Origin: Candidatus Levyibacteriota bacterium
GTDB taxonomy: Bacteria; Patescibacteriota; Microgenomatia; Levybacterales; UBA12049
Length of the DNA: 64,000 bases
Direction: 5' to 3'
Assembly (NCBI GenBank): GCA_016214555.1
Contig: JACROF010000003.1
Coordinates: 64,930 to 128,929 of the forward strand
Below, one piece after another: positions 1-10,546 of this stretch; the stretch's first letter is position 1, and every line of letters begins with the position of its first letter. The notes under the pieces are model-generated. The model was not told where the DNA came from. It did no database searches and worked only from the letters and a program-made list of their open reading frames with translations. The position numbers were made by a program, and so were the translations under genes.

Positions 1-1118
1 TTGGTAAGTTTGAAATCTTTTGCATTTTGACCTTCATTTTTGACTTTTAACTTTTGGCTTTTGATCTCTATCACTGTCGGTCCTCCAACTGAAGATAGAG
101 TAATTTTTTGATCCAATCCTTTAAGTAAATAAGTTGTGCCGTTAACGTCTGGTTGAAGACCTTGCGGACCAAACGAAATAAAAGTTCCTCCAACCTCCGG
201 AGGCAGCCTATCAATAACTAAGGTATATGATTTGGACGAACCAATATTTCCCGATAAATCTATCGCCCTTGCCTTGATTTGATAATTACCATCCTCAAAA
301 AGTGAGGGTGTAAATTCGAAATTCGAATTTCGAAATCCGAAACTTTTTGGATTTTTGTTATTTGAATTTGCTTCGAGTTTCGTGCTTTGTGCTTCGAATT
401 TATCAACCGGTATCCAATTTTTCCCACCATCAGTTGAGTACTCTACCTTCGCTATCCCGGGATTAACAAGTCCAGTATCTGATGCCTCACCCGTAATTCT
501 GGGTCCTTCCCTAAATGGTTTTGAAAAATCAAGATCAATCGTGACAAATGGTGCGGTTTTATCGGTAGGCTTTGGAGTCGGAGTAGGTGTAGCCGTGGAC
601 GAGGAGCTAGACGAAGATTTGGGGGTAGGAGTAGCTGTAGCACCTGGAGCTGATGTTGGCGTTGGAGTAGGAGTCGAAACAAGCACAACCGAAACTCCAC
701 TACTTGCGTAACATTGATCATAGCTACTACCGTCTGATGAAGCAAAACCATCTATCTGTAGCTCCTCTTCTGTTATAACTAGACCACTAATAGTAATTGT
801 GAATGTCACCGTTTGGGAACCAGGGATACTTCCTCCTGAGAAAGTTATTTCTCCTCCATTTGCACTTGTATTCCACCCCGTGGCACTTCCTCCAGTAAAC
901 TCCATATATCCCGTATCAGGATTGAGAAATCTTACAGAACTGGCACTATCCTCACCAACATTACTAATGCCAATCGTTACCGATCCTGTTTGATCAACGC
1001 CAACAGATGCACTTGAACCTACCACATCGCATGAAACAGCTAAGGCTGGTTTAGCTACCAATGACATAAAAACACCAAGGAGCAAAAAAAGGAGGATAAA
1101 AAGTCTTAGGGCAGGCAT
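1..1118 (-). CDS. Secreted Ig-like-domain surface protein with Pro/Thr-rich linker (5' part; runs off window start)
   Basis: Not in the ORF track because there is no stop in the window. ATG at 1118 gives a signal peptide MPALRLFILLFLL..., then STPTPTPTSAPGATATPTPKSSSSSS, VEYSTDGGKNW and DGNYQIKARAIDLSGN (bacterial Ig-like). TATACT lies just upstream. Confidence 0.8.
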   Translation of the reverse strand, partial: MPALRLFILLFLLLGVFMSLVAKPALAVSCDVVGSSASVGVDQTGSVTIGISNVGEDSASSVRFLNPDTGYMEFTGGSATGWNTSANGGEITFSGGSIPGSQTVTFTITISGLVITEEELQIDGFASSDGSSYDQCYASSGVSVVLVSTPTPTPTSAPGATATPTPKSSSSSSSTATPTPTPKPTDKTAPFVTIDLDFSKPFREGPRITGEASDTGLVNPGIAKVEYSTDGGKNWIPVDKFEAQSTKLEANSNNKNPKSFGFRNSNFEFTPSLFEDGNYQIKARAIDLSGNIGSSKSYTLVIDRLPPEVGGTFISFGPQGLQPDVNGTTYLLKGLDQKITLSSVGGPTVIEIKSQKLKVKNEGQNAKDFKLT

Positions 1119-1155
1119 ACAAATTCAGTATAGTATAATTAACAAAAAAACATAC

Positions 1156-3129
1156 ATGAATTTATTACATCAAATACAAACCCTCAATAGTCAAGCATTT
1201 ACTTTAAAGCAAAATGGCCAGATTGACAAAGCTGAGCAAACTCTAAAAATAGCTCTAAGACTTGCCCCAAACCACCCACTTACTAATTACAACCTAGGAA
1301 CATTATTAAAAAATCAAGGAAAACCCGACGAGGCGCTCGCTTTGCTAAAAAAAGCAGCAGATTTCACTCACGACTCGACTGCTCCACTGAACAATCTAGC
1401 ACTATGCCTTAACCAACTAGGACTAGTAGATGAGGCAATTCAAACCTATAAAAGAGCGCTCAAAATCGAACCTACCAACCCGCTTCTAAACTACAACATC
1501 GCCAACCTCTATCTTGAAAACAATATGCAGCAAAAGGCTATAGTTTTTTACAAAAAATCCATAGAATATGAACCCAAAAATCCTCTAGCTTATGCTAATT
1601 TAGGTATTTCCTACTTTCAATTATCTGATAAAAAGGCGATATTACCTTTTAAAAAAGCCATAGAACTTTCACCACAAACAACTCAATACTACTACACTCT
1701 AGCCTATATTTATGAAAAAGCTGGGGATACTAAAAATGCAATCAAATACTACGAAAAAACAATACAAATGGAGCCTAATTTTGAATATGCCTTGGCGCAT
1801 CTTTTTACCCAGAAAAGAAAAATCTGTGATTGGACTGGGCTTGAAAGTATTAGTCAACTCCTTGATCAAACCCACAAAGAATCTCCTTGGTCATCGATAA
1901 TGCGAACTGAAGACTTGAAATCTAATTTGATTGCAGCAAAAGGATACAGTCAGGAACTCGAGGGTAAAATTTCTAAAAATTTATTTTCATTTAAAAAAGG
2001 GGGTGGGAGACAAAAAATCCGCTTGGGCTATATCTCTGCCCACTTTGGCAACCACCCCATTACTTTTACTACCGCTTCAGTTATCAAAAATCATGATAGA
2101 TCAAAGTTTGAAGTTTTTGTTTACTCTTACGGCCCAAATGATAAAAGTACATATAGAAAAAACATAGAAAACGCCGCTTCTCAATTTATTGATGTAACAA
2201 AACTAACAGATAAAGAGGCTGCTAAGAAAATCTTTGATGACCAGATTGATATTTTGGTAGACCTTTCAGGCTATACGCAGGGTAATAGAGCTGAAATTTT
2301 AGCTATGAGACCCTCACCTCTGCAAATAACATGGGCGGGACTTTGCGCAACAACAGGCTCTGATTTTATTGATTATTTTATTGCTGATTCAGTCATAGTT
2401 CCAAAAAAAGATGCGCAATTTTATTCAGAAAAAATGATTTATCTTCCCCCCTGCTTTTGCCCTATTCAGGACATAATTCCCCTATCTAGAAAAAAACTTA
2501 CTAAAAAGCACTTTGGATTACCTGAAAATACATTCATTTTTGCCAGCTTTAATCAAATGTATAAGATCGATAAAACAATCTGGGAGACTTGGATGGAAGT
2601 TTTAAAAAAAGTACCACAAAGCGTTCTCTGGGTATTTATCCAAAATAATGAAGGCAAAAACAACCTTAAGCGCCACGCTCAAAATCAAGGGATCAACCCA
2701 AATCGTATTATCTTCACCAACCAGTTATCTCTTGAAGAATTTTACTCAAGTATCTCACTTGCCGATTTGGCGCTTGACACGCTCGTTTATGGTGGAGGCA
2801 CTACCTCCTATCATAGTCTCCTAAAAAAAGTCCCGCTTATCACCCTCAGAGGCAAGCATCCAGCATCGCTTTTCTCAACAAGCATTCTCAAAGAGTTAGG
2901 GCTTGAAGAATTGAGTACAAAAAATATTCAAGAATATAAAAATATTGCAATTAGTCTTGCTACAGATAATGACAAATTAATGATGATAAAACATCATCTC
3001 ACGCCTGAGAAATTCGACAAAACAATTCTCAATATTGGACAAAAAGTCTCCCACCTAGAAGATGCATATCAACAAATTTGGCACAATTATCTTCTAGGCA
3101 ATAAACCAAAACAAGTTGAGGTTAGTTAG
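1156..3129 (+). CDS. TPR-containing GT41 protein glycosyltransferase (O-GlcNAc transferase/SPINDLY-like)
   Basis: About 6 N-terminal TPRs. Catalytic-region motifs LGYISAHFGNHP, DILVDLSGYT, RPSPLQ, TTG..FIDY, FASFNQ.YKI and DLALDT..YGGGTT. Confidence 0.9.
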   Translation: MNLLHQIQTLNSQAFTLKQNGQIDKAEQTLKIALRLAPNHPLTNYNLGTLLKNQGKPDEALALLKKAADFTHDSTAPLNNLALCLNQLGLVDEAIQTYKRALKIEPTNPLLNYNIANLYLENNMQQKAIVFYKKSIEYEPKNPLAYANLGISYFQLSDKKAILPFKKAIELSPQTTQYYYTLAYIYEKAGDTKNAIKYYEKTIQMEPNFEYALAHLFTQKRKICDWTGLESISQLLDQTHKESPWSSIMRTEDLKSNLIAAKGYSQELEGKISKNLFSFKKGGGRQKIRLGYISAHFGNHPITFTTASVIKNHDRSKFEVFVYSYGPNDKSTYRKNIENAASQFIDVTKLTDKEAAKKIFDDQIDILVDLSGYTQGNRAEILAMRPSPLQITWAGLCATTGSDFIDYFIADSVIVPKKDAQFYSEKMIYLPPCFCPIQDIIPLSRKKLTKKHFGLPENTFIFASFNQMYKIDKTIWETWMEVLKKVPQSVLWVFIQNNEGKNNLKRHAQNQGINPNRIIFTNQLSLEEFYSSISLADLALDTLVYGGGTTSYHSLLKKVPLITLRGKHPASLFSTSILKELGLEELSTKNIQEYKNIAISLATDNDKLMMIKHHLTPEKFDKTILNIGQKVSHLEDAYQQIWHNYLLGNKPKQVEVS

Positions 3130-3131
3130 TA

Positions 3132-3641
3132 TCACTTGAGATAATCAGCTCTCAAAAACCCCATAATGAGTGAGTCAACGTACCGATTGCCTTTCTTCAC
3201 ATGATGTCGCCTGACACCTTCTTTTTTAAAACCAAGTTTTTTATAAAGCGATATAGCTGGCGTATTGAAATCCAAAACTTCAAGTGAGACTTTATTGAAT
3301 TTTTTCTCTCTTAATAAAAAGTCAATAAAGAGCTTGAGAGCCTCAAATGCAAATCCCTTTTTTCTATACTTAGGTTCAATATCCGCACCCACATACACAT
3401 TTTTATTTTGTAAGTCCCATGCAGATGTACGGATGTAGCCTACTTTGCTACCCTCAAACTCAATAACGAAATACTGAGGATTTGTCGTTTTAAACCATCT
3501 TTTGGCATCACTCAAGCTAAATTTTCGACTATCATGAAGATATGCTACGCATTTATTTCGAAGGCTTACAAAAAAATCAAGATCTGTGGATTTCATAGGT
3601 CGAATGATGATTCTTTCTGATCGTAAATTAATTTCAAACAT
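3132..3641 (-). CDS. GNAT acetyltransferase (RimJ/RimL/PseH-like)
   Basis: YRKKGFA acetyl-CoA motif and N.PAI.LYKKLGFKKEG; directly downstream of the DegT gene. Confidence 0.85.
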   Translation of the reverse strand: MFEINLRSERIIIRPMKSTDLDFFVSLRNKCVAYLHDSRKFSLSDAKRWFKTTNPQYFVIEFEGSKVGYIRTSAWDLQNKNVYVGADIEPKYRKKGFAFEALKLFIDFLLREKKFNKVSLEVLDFNTPAISLYKKLGFKKEGVRRHHVKKGNRYVDSLIMGFLRADYLK

Positions 3642-3647
3642 TGTTAT

Positions 3648-4769
3648 CTAGAACCCTTCAAGAATAGACGCAATCTCTTTTGCTTTTTTGATACTCACCC
3701 ACTGTCCAATTGGAATGGCAATATTCTCCTTGTCAAATGTATCAACTCCGGGAAGTTTTCCTGTTGTAAGCTTGCGAAATACAGGATAAATATCATTTCG
3801 CCTGTGCGCCTCTACCGCCTCAACGCCAATTTTTTTTAGGGCTTTAACAAGTTTTGATCTATTTTCAGAGCTTCCGCACAGAACGATATATAACCAATAG
3901 TTCGGCTTGGAGTCAGGAAGAATTGTTTGAGGTTTTAAAGACTTGCTTTTTGATAGTGCTTTGTCATAAATTGCTGCTATTTTTCTTCTATAAGCAATAC
4001 GGCTAAGTAGGTATGGGATTTGGCCTAATCCAATTGAAGCTGCAATATCAGTCATCTGCATTTTGTACCCTACTTCAGAAATAGGATACTCCCAAAAAGT
4101 CTCTCCCCAGACCCTTTGTTCCCTATCAATCCCATACCATCGTAATGTTTTTGCGCGTTTTACATCTTTCTTTCTTTTACAAACCAAAACTCCTCCGTCA
4201 CCTGTTGTTATTATCTTTGTAGCTTGAAAACTAAAAGCCACAAAATCTGAATGAGTACCAATTGGTTTACCTCCGTATTCAGATCCTAATGCCTGAGCTG
4301 CATCTTCAATAACTGGAATACCAAACTTCTTAGCAATCCTGTTTATTTTGTCAATTTCTGAAGAAACACCTCCAAAGTCTACCACCATTATTGCCTTAGT
4401 ATGTTTGGTAATTTTTCGCTCAATATCTTCAGGATCAATATTACCCGATTCAGGATCAACATCTGCCCAGATTGGAATCCCGCCCTCAAGAACAATCGCG
4501 GCATTGGTAGCAAAACAAGTCATCGGAGTAGTGATAACTTCCCCTTCTTTAACTCCAGCTAGTCGCAGAGCAAGCTGCAAAGCTGAAGTTCCGGAGTTTA
4601 GGGCAACAACATTTGGGTTTTCAATAACCTTTCCGATATCTTCTTCGAACTCCTTAACCCTTGGCCCATCTCCCCCAATCCACCCAGATCTTAAAGTCTT
4701 ATTTACTAATGCGATAGACTCTTTAGTCACACTTACTTTGTATGAAGATGTATTCTTAATCCTTTTCAT
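3648..4769 (-). CDS. DegT/DnrJ/EryC1/StrS PLP-dependent sugar aminotransferase
   Basis: NSGTSAL, IEDAAQALG and FSFQATKIITTGDGG motifs; ATG at 4769 preferred. Confidence 0.92.
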   Translation of the reverse strand: MKRIKNTSSYKVSVTKESIALVNKTLRSGWIGGDGPRVKEFEEDIGKVIENPNVVALNSGTSALQLALRLAGVKEGEVITTPMTCFATNAAIVLEGGIPIWADVDPESGNIDPEDIERKITKHTKAIMVVDFGGVSSEIDKINRIAKKFGIPVIEDAAQALGSEYGGKPIGTHSDFVAFSFQATKIITTGDGGVLVCKRKKDVKRAKTLRWYGIDREQRVWGETFWEYPISEVGYKMQMTDIAASIGLGQIPYLLSRIAYRRKIAAIYDKALSKSKSLKPQTILPDSKPNYWLYIVLCGSSENRSKLVKALKKIGVEAVEAHRRNDIYPVFRKLTTGKLPGVDTFDKENIAIPIGQWVSIKKAKEIASILEGF

Positions 4770-4847
4770 GGCCAAATAATACCATAATGAAACAAAAATA
4801 CAATTTGAAGATTGAAAACAAAGGCTAATACATAGTAAATTAGATAC

Positions 4848-7800
4848 ATGCCAGCAGTCCGCGACTATACTTTTGCTTATGAAGCCTCCACAGCAGATGC
4901 AGGAATTACAATTCCCATGTGCGGATATGCAACAAATGATCTTTTAATAGCATTTGCCATCTCAGACACAGGTACTCCAGCATGGGTTCCCTTGAGTGAT
5001 GTTTCAGGGGCAGCTTCTGAAGATGCTGGAACTCCCGTAAGCGATTTAACCGATGCTGTATCAGCTACTGCAAATGATATGGAACTAACCCCAGCAGTAG
5101 GAAATGCAGGAACCGGGGACGGGTATTATTTTGGTAGCACACAACCATTCAACATGGTTAGAGTTAACGTGGGCACTGCTGCATCTGCTTCTTGGACTAT
5201 TACTTGGAAATATTGGAATGGGTCATGGACCACAATTCCCGGCTACACTGATGGAACTACAAATTGGACAGCAGGGACCGGAAATCGTGACGTTACCTTT
5301 AATCCTCCCAACGACTGGGCTACCACGACGGTAGTGTCACAAAATATTTACTGGGTAAAAGCTGAGATAACTGCATTTACTTCCCTCACTACAAGACCTC
5401 TAGGCACTCAAGCCTGGGTACGAAACTGGACACAGCTTTTTGGGCGCAATAATACACTTGCTTCTATCTGTTATTTCAAAATCGCCTCATCATCAACCTC
5501 AGAAGAAGACCTCTTGATGTATACCGCAACAAATGAAACGTATAACGGAAGTATCACTTCAATCCGAGATATTAATACCAAAACCCCATTCGGGGTGGCA
5601 AGCATAGCAAGCTATTCAGAGACGAACGCTGATAGTTATGCAAGTCTTGGAAACGGAACAATAACTGGAGTTGCACAATCATTTACCAATACTGCAGTAG
5701 TCAATACTATTGCAAAAGTCAGATTTTATCTTAAAAAAAACGGGACACCAACTGGTAATGCTACGGCAAAACTCTATACCCATTCAGGAACATTAGGCAC
5801 ATCATCTGTTCCAACCGGCACTGCGCTTGCGGTTTCAGATGCCTTTGATGTGTCAACGTTGACTACCACTGCAACCTTATCTGATTTTGTATTCAGTAAT
5901 TATACAAACTGGTATTCTATGGTAGCATCAACTAATTACGTAGTTTCAATTGAATATTCAGGAGGTGACTCATCAAATTATGTCCAGGTTGGCTACGATA
6001 ACAGCTCTCCCTCCCATGGTGGAAACTATTCTGAAAACACGGGGTCATGGGCTGCAAATTCAGGCAGGGATGTAGCATTTTATCTCCAAACTTTCGCAGC
6101 AAATGACAGCACCCAAGCCGCATCTGCCAGGTTTGCAATGCCTCAGATTACAACTGACGCAAATAATGCACTTGTACTTTACTTTAACTCCACCTCAGGA
6201 ACTGCAGGAACCCCCTCTATTATTGAAGGGCCCGTATTTAGTCTTATCGCAGGAGACGGAACTGCGGAGTCTCATGCAGTGGGATGGGGATTTAAAGCCA
6301 CGGCGGGATCAACACCTAACAATGTTTATGCTACAGCTGCTGTTACAGGGGCAGGCGTCAAAGCTGTTATCCAAGTCTCCCCTCCCACAACAGGAGCTAC
6401 AATAATCCCTGCCTATACTCCACAGGATGACTGCACCTACATAGATCCTATTGCTGGTGTAAGTGCATATAATTCTAATACTGCCTTGGCTGCTACTGCA
6501 GATACTAACTTTGGTACGTCTCTTGGAGGCTTTACTGCTAATGATGCAACCGTAGCTGCTATGGCTGATACCGGAATTAACTCATTCCACTCACTTGGAG
6601 GAATGACAAATGCTGCGACAGCAAAAACAATTAGCGGGGCAGAATTGGTTCTCGCAGCTGCAAATAGATTTAATATGGGGACTAAAAATCTGCTTTGCCA
6701 TGTGTATGCCGCCACCCCTGCACATATGCAAAGATTCTCAGCCGTATCTTCAGAGCGTGGTTTTTGGATGGGAGTCCGATCAAATACGGGGTCTGGAGGA
6801 GCAACAACAGGATATAAAATCTGGCAGGTACATGGAGTTGATGCTCCATGGGATTTTGGGTTCCATGTACCAATCATTGTAAACTCAGGCGCAGGAAATA
6901 CTAAGGCAACATCGGGAACTCTAGATACAGCAGTTATTGCATCTGTTGGTTTTTGGAATAGCTCTATAGGAGCTCTTACTAATCAACAAGGAGTAGGATC
7001 ATTATGGCTTATGGACAAAACGGTTGTTTGTGGAGGAAATAGTGCAGAACCTCTCAATGTGCCAGGTATTGTCAAAACAATTGCTCGCGGCAAAGAACGT
7101 CAATCAGGAATTCTTCAAGGAGCAAAGCAGATGCTTTTGCTTCAAGATATTCAGCTTGGTGATGGCGGAACAGACCCAACATATCTTGATCTAGATTCGA
7201 CAGCGACTGAATTTCCAAGACAATATAATGCTGCGACAGCCCAGGTTAATTATAATTCAACGGATAACATCATAGGAATTACCTATTATCCCGGAGCTTC
7301 GGATACTATCAAGCATCGCAACTCAATCATATCAAGCAGTAGCAGATACAAATGGGGGTTACATGCTTCCGCATCCACTTCAGCATCGTATGATTTTTCA
7401 GGTCTTATCGTAATCGGCGCTGGAATAATCACCCTTAATAAAGCAATTACCATAACCGAACTCACCATTAACGACTACTCAACTCTTGATGTCTCAGGAC
7501 TTACCTTTAATTTAGGAACTATATTAAATATGCCTGCTACCAGCGACTCTATAACTACCTCAAGTAGTACGGTTATTTCAAATAGCTCAATAACCACAAC
7601 TACCGTTACGGCTGGTAATAGATGGGCCTCTGTTGCAACAGCTGATCTAGATATGTTCTCAGGCAATACCTTTACCGGTTCGACAACGAGCGGACATGCT
7701 ATCAGGCTCACATCAACGGGAACAGTTAGCTTTTCAGGGAATACATTTACTTCTTATGGCCCGGCAGCAAGAAGCTTTGATGCGTCAACGGACGTCAATA

Positions 7801-8603
7801 CAACAACAAATATCATTACTCTTGACGCAGCCCATGGGTACAACAACGGCGAACCAGCGTACTTTCAGGATCAAGGAGGAACCGCCCCAACAGGTCTTAC
7901 CGATGGCAATCTTTACTATGTAAGAAGTGAATCCTCAACCACCATCACTCTTTATGACACATCAGCACACGCCATAGCTGGAGGCGCCACAGGACAAGCA
8001 GACATCACTGCCACAGGCTCTGGAACACAATATATTTATAGTGCGGCAGCAGCCATCTACAATAATTCTGGTGGGGCTGTAACTATCAATGTCACCAACG
8101 GAGGAAGTACACCAAGTATTAGGAATTCAGACGGATCATCAACTACAGTCAATAATTCTGTCAATCTCACAATCACCGTCATTGATGCGAGTACAAATCC
8201 TGTGCCAACAGCCCAGACCGCCATCTATCGAACAAGTGACAACGTTGAGCTTATGAATGAAGATACAGAAACAGTAACTGCTGGCTCATTTGTTGTCGGG
8301 GTAAAATACACCATCGTCAGCGTTGGCTCAACAGACTTTACAGCAATTGGAGCCGCTTCAAATACAGTTGGCGTTGCTTTCACGGCAACTGGTGTAGGAT
8401 CGGGAACTGGCACTGCCTCAAATGGTATCGCAACAGCCACGTTTAGTTATATTACTGATACGGCAGTATATGTCAGAGTCAGAAAATCTTCCACAGGTAC
8501 TACAAAATATACACCAGTTTCAACAACAGGAACTATCACGAGCACAGGATATTCTCTAACAGTTACTCTAACAAGTGACACGATAGCCGATCCGACCTTG
8601 TGA
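4848..8603 (+). CDS. 1251-aa Ser/Thr/Gly-rich modular fibre-like protein (phage-virion-like modules, no signal peptide); paralog of 10547-13114
   Basis: Long ORF. Shares N-terminus (MPA.RD) and core (PSIIEGPV, PTYLDL..TA.EFP, ITYY.GASDTIKHR, HGY..G...Y.QDQGG) with the 855-aa protein, plus three extra inserted modules. Confidence 0.8.
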   Translation: MPAVRDYTFAYEASTADAGITIPMCGYATNDLLIAFAISDTGTPAWVPLSDVSGAASEDAGTPVSDLTDAVSATANDMELTPAVGNAGTGDGYYFGSTQPFNMVRVNVGTAASASWTITWKYWNGSWTTIPGYTDGTTNWTAGTGNRDVTFNPPNDWATTTVVSQNIYWVKAEITAFTSLTTRPLGTQAWVRNWTQLFGRNNTLASICYFKIASSSTSEEDLLMYTATNETYNGSITSIRDINTKTPFGVASIASYSETNADSYASLGNGTITGVAQSFTNTAVVNTIAKVRFYLKKNGTPTGNATAKLYTHSGTLGTSSVPTGTALAVSDAFDVSTLTTTATLSDFVFSNYTNWYSMVASTNYVVSIEYSGGDSSNYVQVGYDNSSPSHGGNYSENTGSWAANSGRDVAFYLQTFAANDSTQAASARFAMPQITTDANNALVLYFNSTSGTAGTPSIIEGPVFSLIAGDGTAESHAVGWGFKATAGSTPNNVYATAAVTGAGVKAVIQVSPPTTGATIIPAYTPQDDCTYIDPIAGVSAYNSNTALAATADTNFGTSLGGFTANDATVAAMADTGINSFHSLGGMTNAATAKTISGAELVLAAANRFNMGTKNLLCHVYAATPAHMQRFSAVSSERGFWMGVRSNTGSGGATTGYKIWQVHGVDAPWDFGFHVPIIVNSGAGNTKATSGTLDTAVIASVGFWNSSIGALTNQQGVGSLWLMDKTVVCGGNSAEPLNVPGIVKTIARGKERQSGILQGAKQMLLLQDIQLGDGGTDPTYLDLDSTATEFPRQYNAATAQVNYNSTDNIIGITYYPGASDTIKHRNSIISSSSRYKWGLHASASTSASYDFSGLIVIGAGIITLNKAITITELTINDYSTLDVSGLTFNLGTILNMPATSDSITTSSSTVISNSSITTTTVTAGNRWASVATADLDMFSGNTFTGSTTSGHAIRLTSTGTVSFSGNTFTSYGPAARSFDASTDVNTTTNIITLDAAHGYNNGEPAYFQDQGGTAPTGLTDGNLYYVRSESSTTITLYDTSAHAIAGGATGQADITATGSGTQYIYSAAAAIYNNSGGAVTINVTNGGSTPSIRNSDGSSTTVNNSVNLTITVIDASTNPVPTAQTAIYRTSDNVELMNEDTETVTAGSFVVGVKYTIVSVGSTDFTAIGAASNTVGVAFTATGVGSGTGTASNGIATATFSYITDTAVYVRVRKSSTGTTKYTPVSTTGTITSTGYSLTVTLTSDTIADPTL

Positions 8604-10135
8604 TTTTAAGTCTTAATCATGCAAAAATACTCCAAAAAGAAAGGTTGACGACAGCAGCAAGGATTGCTGCAACAGAACACATACAAATTATTGAAGGAGC
8701 AAGACAACTTCTTGTCTCGCTCTCAACATCCCCATTTATACTCTACCCTGACGAAAACTGCTCGCTATATTTACAACAAGTACTAAATAAATATCAACGC
8801 TACAATAATATTGCACTCGCAAATCTTCATGGTGATGCGATATGCAATGCTGCAGCACTTCCAGAACAAAAAATTGTCAATGTGTCCGATCGTTATTTTT
8901 TTAAAGAGGTGATAAAAACAAATGAATTTACCGTTGGAGAATATTCTTTAAGCAAGACAACCAAACAACCCGTAATATCACTTGGCTATCCGGTCCATGA
9001 CTACCAAGGACGTCTTATTGGTATTATCTATTCATCGCTTGATCTAGATTGGCTAAAAAATCTCGTATCAAGCCTGTCGCTTGGGGACAATTCCGTGCTA
9101 TTAATAACAGATAAAAATGGTAAAATTCTTGCCTCAAATCAAAACTCATTTCAAGCAGGCTCTCTCCTCTCTGACAAAGGAATAGTTCTTAACCTAAAGT
9201 CAGACTCAGGATTAATTGAACCACAAGATACTAAGAACTATTTCTTTGCTTACAATCAAATCGGTGGTTCGAGTTCAAACCCTTTTGCTTTCGTAGGGCT
9301 CCCAAAAGCTACAGTTTATCAAAAACCTAACGAGGACTTTGCTAAATCTCTCCTCTTCTCCGGATTGATAGCACTCCTCTCTTTGACAGGAGGATGGTAC
9401 ATAGGCAACTCGCTCATAACCAAACTTGTTATGGCTGTACAAAAAGTAGACCAACTTAGGCAGGATTTTGTCTCTTTAGTATCGCATCAACTTCGGACAC
9501 CACTAACCGCAATAAAGTATTTTTGTGAAATCCTCCTTTCAGAATCCTCAGGCAAACTTAATAAAAAACAGAAAGAATTTATCACTGACACACTTACTTC
9601 AGCTTCACGGTTGAGCCAGCTGGTAGGAACTCTTCTTGATATCGGAAGACTTGAAGAGGGAAAAATGCTTCTTAATTTTAAGGAAGTATCAGTTGAAAAA
9701 TTGCTAGAAAACAGCATGAAAGATATCGCTCCCTTTATCAAAAAAGAGGGCCTCAAGCTGTCGCGGGTTAAAAAAAGAGGCGTACCTAGCAACATTTTTG
9801 TCGATGAAAAACTAATGATACAGGCCGTGTCAAATCTCCTCTCAAATGCAGTAAAATACAGCGACCCAAAATCACTTATTGAAATTATTCTCTCAAAATC
9901 AAACAATGGCATACTTTTTGAGATCAAAAACAGAGGGATAGTCATACTTCCTGAAGATAAGTCCCATATCTTTTCAAAATTTTACCGATCAACTATGGCA
10001 AGAAAAAAAGCAGACGAAGGGTCTGGATTAGGACTTTATCTGACAAAACTTATTATAGAATCACATGGGGGCAAAATCTGGTTTGAAAGCGATAAAAATA
10101 GTACGTCATTTTTCTTTACTCTAGAGATTAAATAA
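8600..10135 (+). CDS. Sensor histidine kinase with Cache-like sensor domain (first TM helix apparently missing)
   Basis: VSDRYFF Cache signature, one TM, H-box SHQLRTP, N-box NLLSNAVKY, G-box GSGLGL. Confidence 0.9.
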   Translation: MILSLNHAKILQKERLTTAARIAATEHIQIIEGARQLLVSLSTSPFILYPDENCSLYLQQVLNKYQRYNNIALANLHGDAICNAAALPEQKIVNVSDRYFFKEVIKTNEFTVGEYSLSKTTKQPVISLGYPVHDYQGRLIGIIYSSLDLDWLKNLVSSLSLGDNSVLLITDKNGKILASNQNSFQAGSLLSDKGIVLNLKSDSGLIEPQDTKNYFFAYNQIGGSSSNPFAFVGLPKATVYQKPNEDFAKSLLFSGLIALLSLTGGWYIGNSLITKLVMAVQKVDQLRQDFVSLVSHQLRTPLTAIKYFCEILLSESSGKLNKKQKEFITDTLTSASRLSQLVGTLLDIGRLEEGKMLLNFKEVSVEKLLENSMKDIAPFIKKEGLKLSRVKKRGVPSNIFVDEKLMIQAVSNLLSNAVKYSDPKSLIEIILSKSNNGILFEIKNRGIVILPEDKSHIFSKFYRSTMARKKADEGSGLGLYLTKLIIESHGGKIWFESDKNSTSFFFTLEIK

Positions 10136-10155
10136 TGGTAGAATGAAATAAAATC

Positions 10156-10530
10156 ATGCCTAAATCATATAAAGTCCTTATCGTTGAAGACGATAAATTT
10201 ATACTAAAAGCAATTCGCTACAAATTTGAAGAAGCAAAATTTAACGTTAAAACTTCACAAACTGCCGAAGGAGGGTTAACATTGCTTGAAAAATGGACTC
10301 CTAATGCAATTATATTAGATATTTTGCTTCCGGGGATTGATGGATATGCTTTTTTACGAACAGTCAGAAACCACCCCAAATGGAGCACCATCCCTGTTAT
10401 CGTTGCCTCAAATATCAATGAGCCTCCAGATATAGAACCAGGAGAAAATACCGGATACAAAGAGTATATTGTAAAATCTGATCTTGATCTCAATAGTCTT
10501 GTTGAAAAAGTCAAAACACTCGCCAGATAA
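10156..10530 (+). CDS. Single-domain response regulator (CheY-like)
   Basis: LIVEDD, IILDILLPGIDG, ASN and YIVK receiver motifs. Confidence 0.9.
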   Translation: MPKSYKVLIVEDDKFILKAIRYKFEEAKFNVKTSQTAEGGLTLLEKWTPNAIILDILLPGIDGYAFLRTVRNHPKWSTIPVIVASNINEPPDIEPGENTGYKEYIVKSDLDLNSLVEKVKTLAR

Positions 10531-10546
10531 GATATTCAGATTTCAC

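Noticed and set aside
355-993. Track ORFs 355-711, 452-751 and 799-993
   Set aside because: Shadows of the real minus-strand gene starting at 1118.
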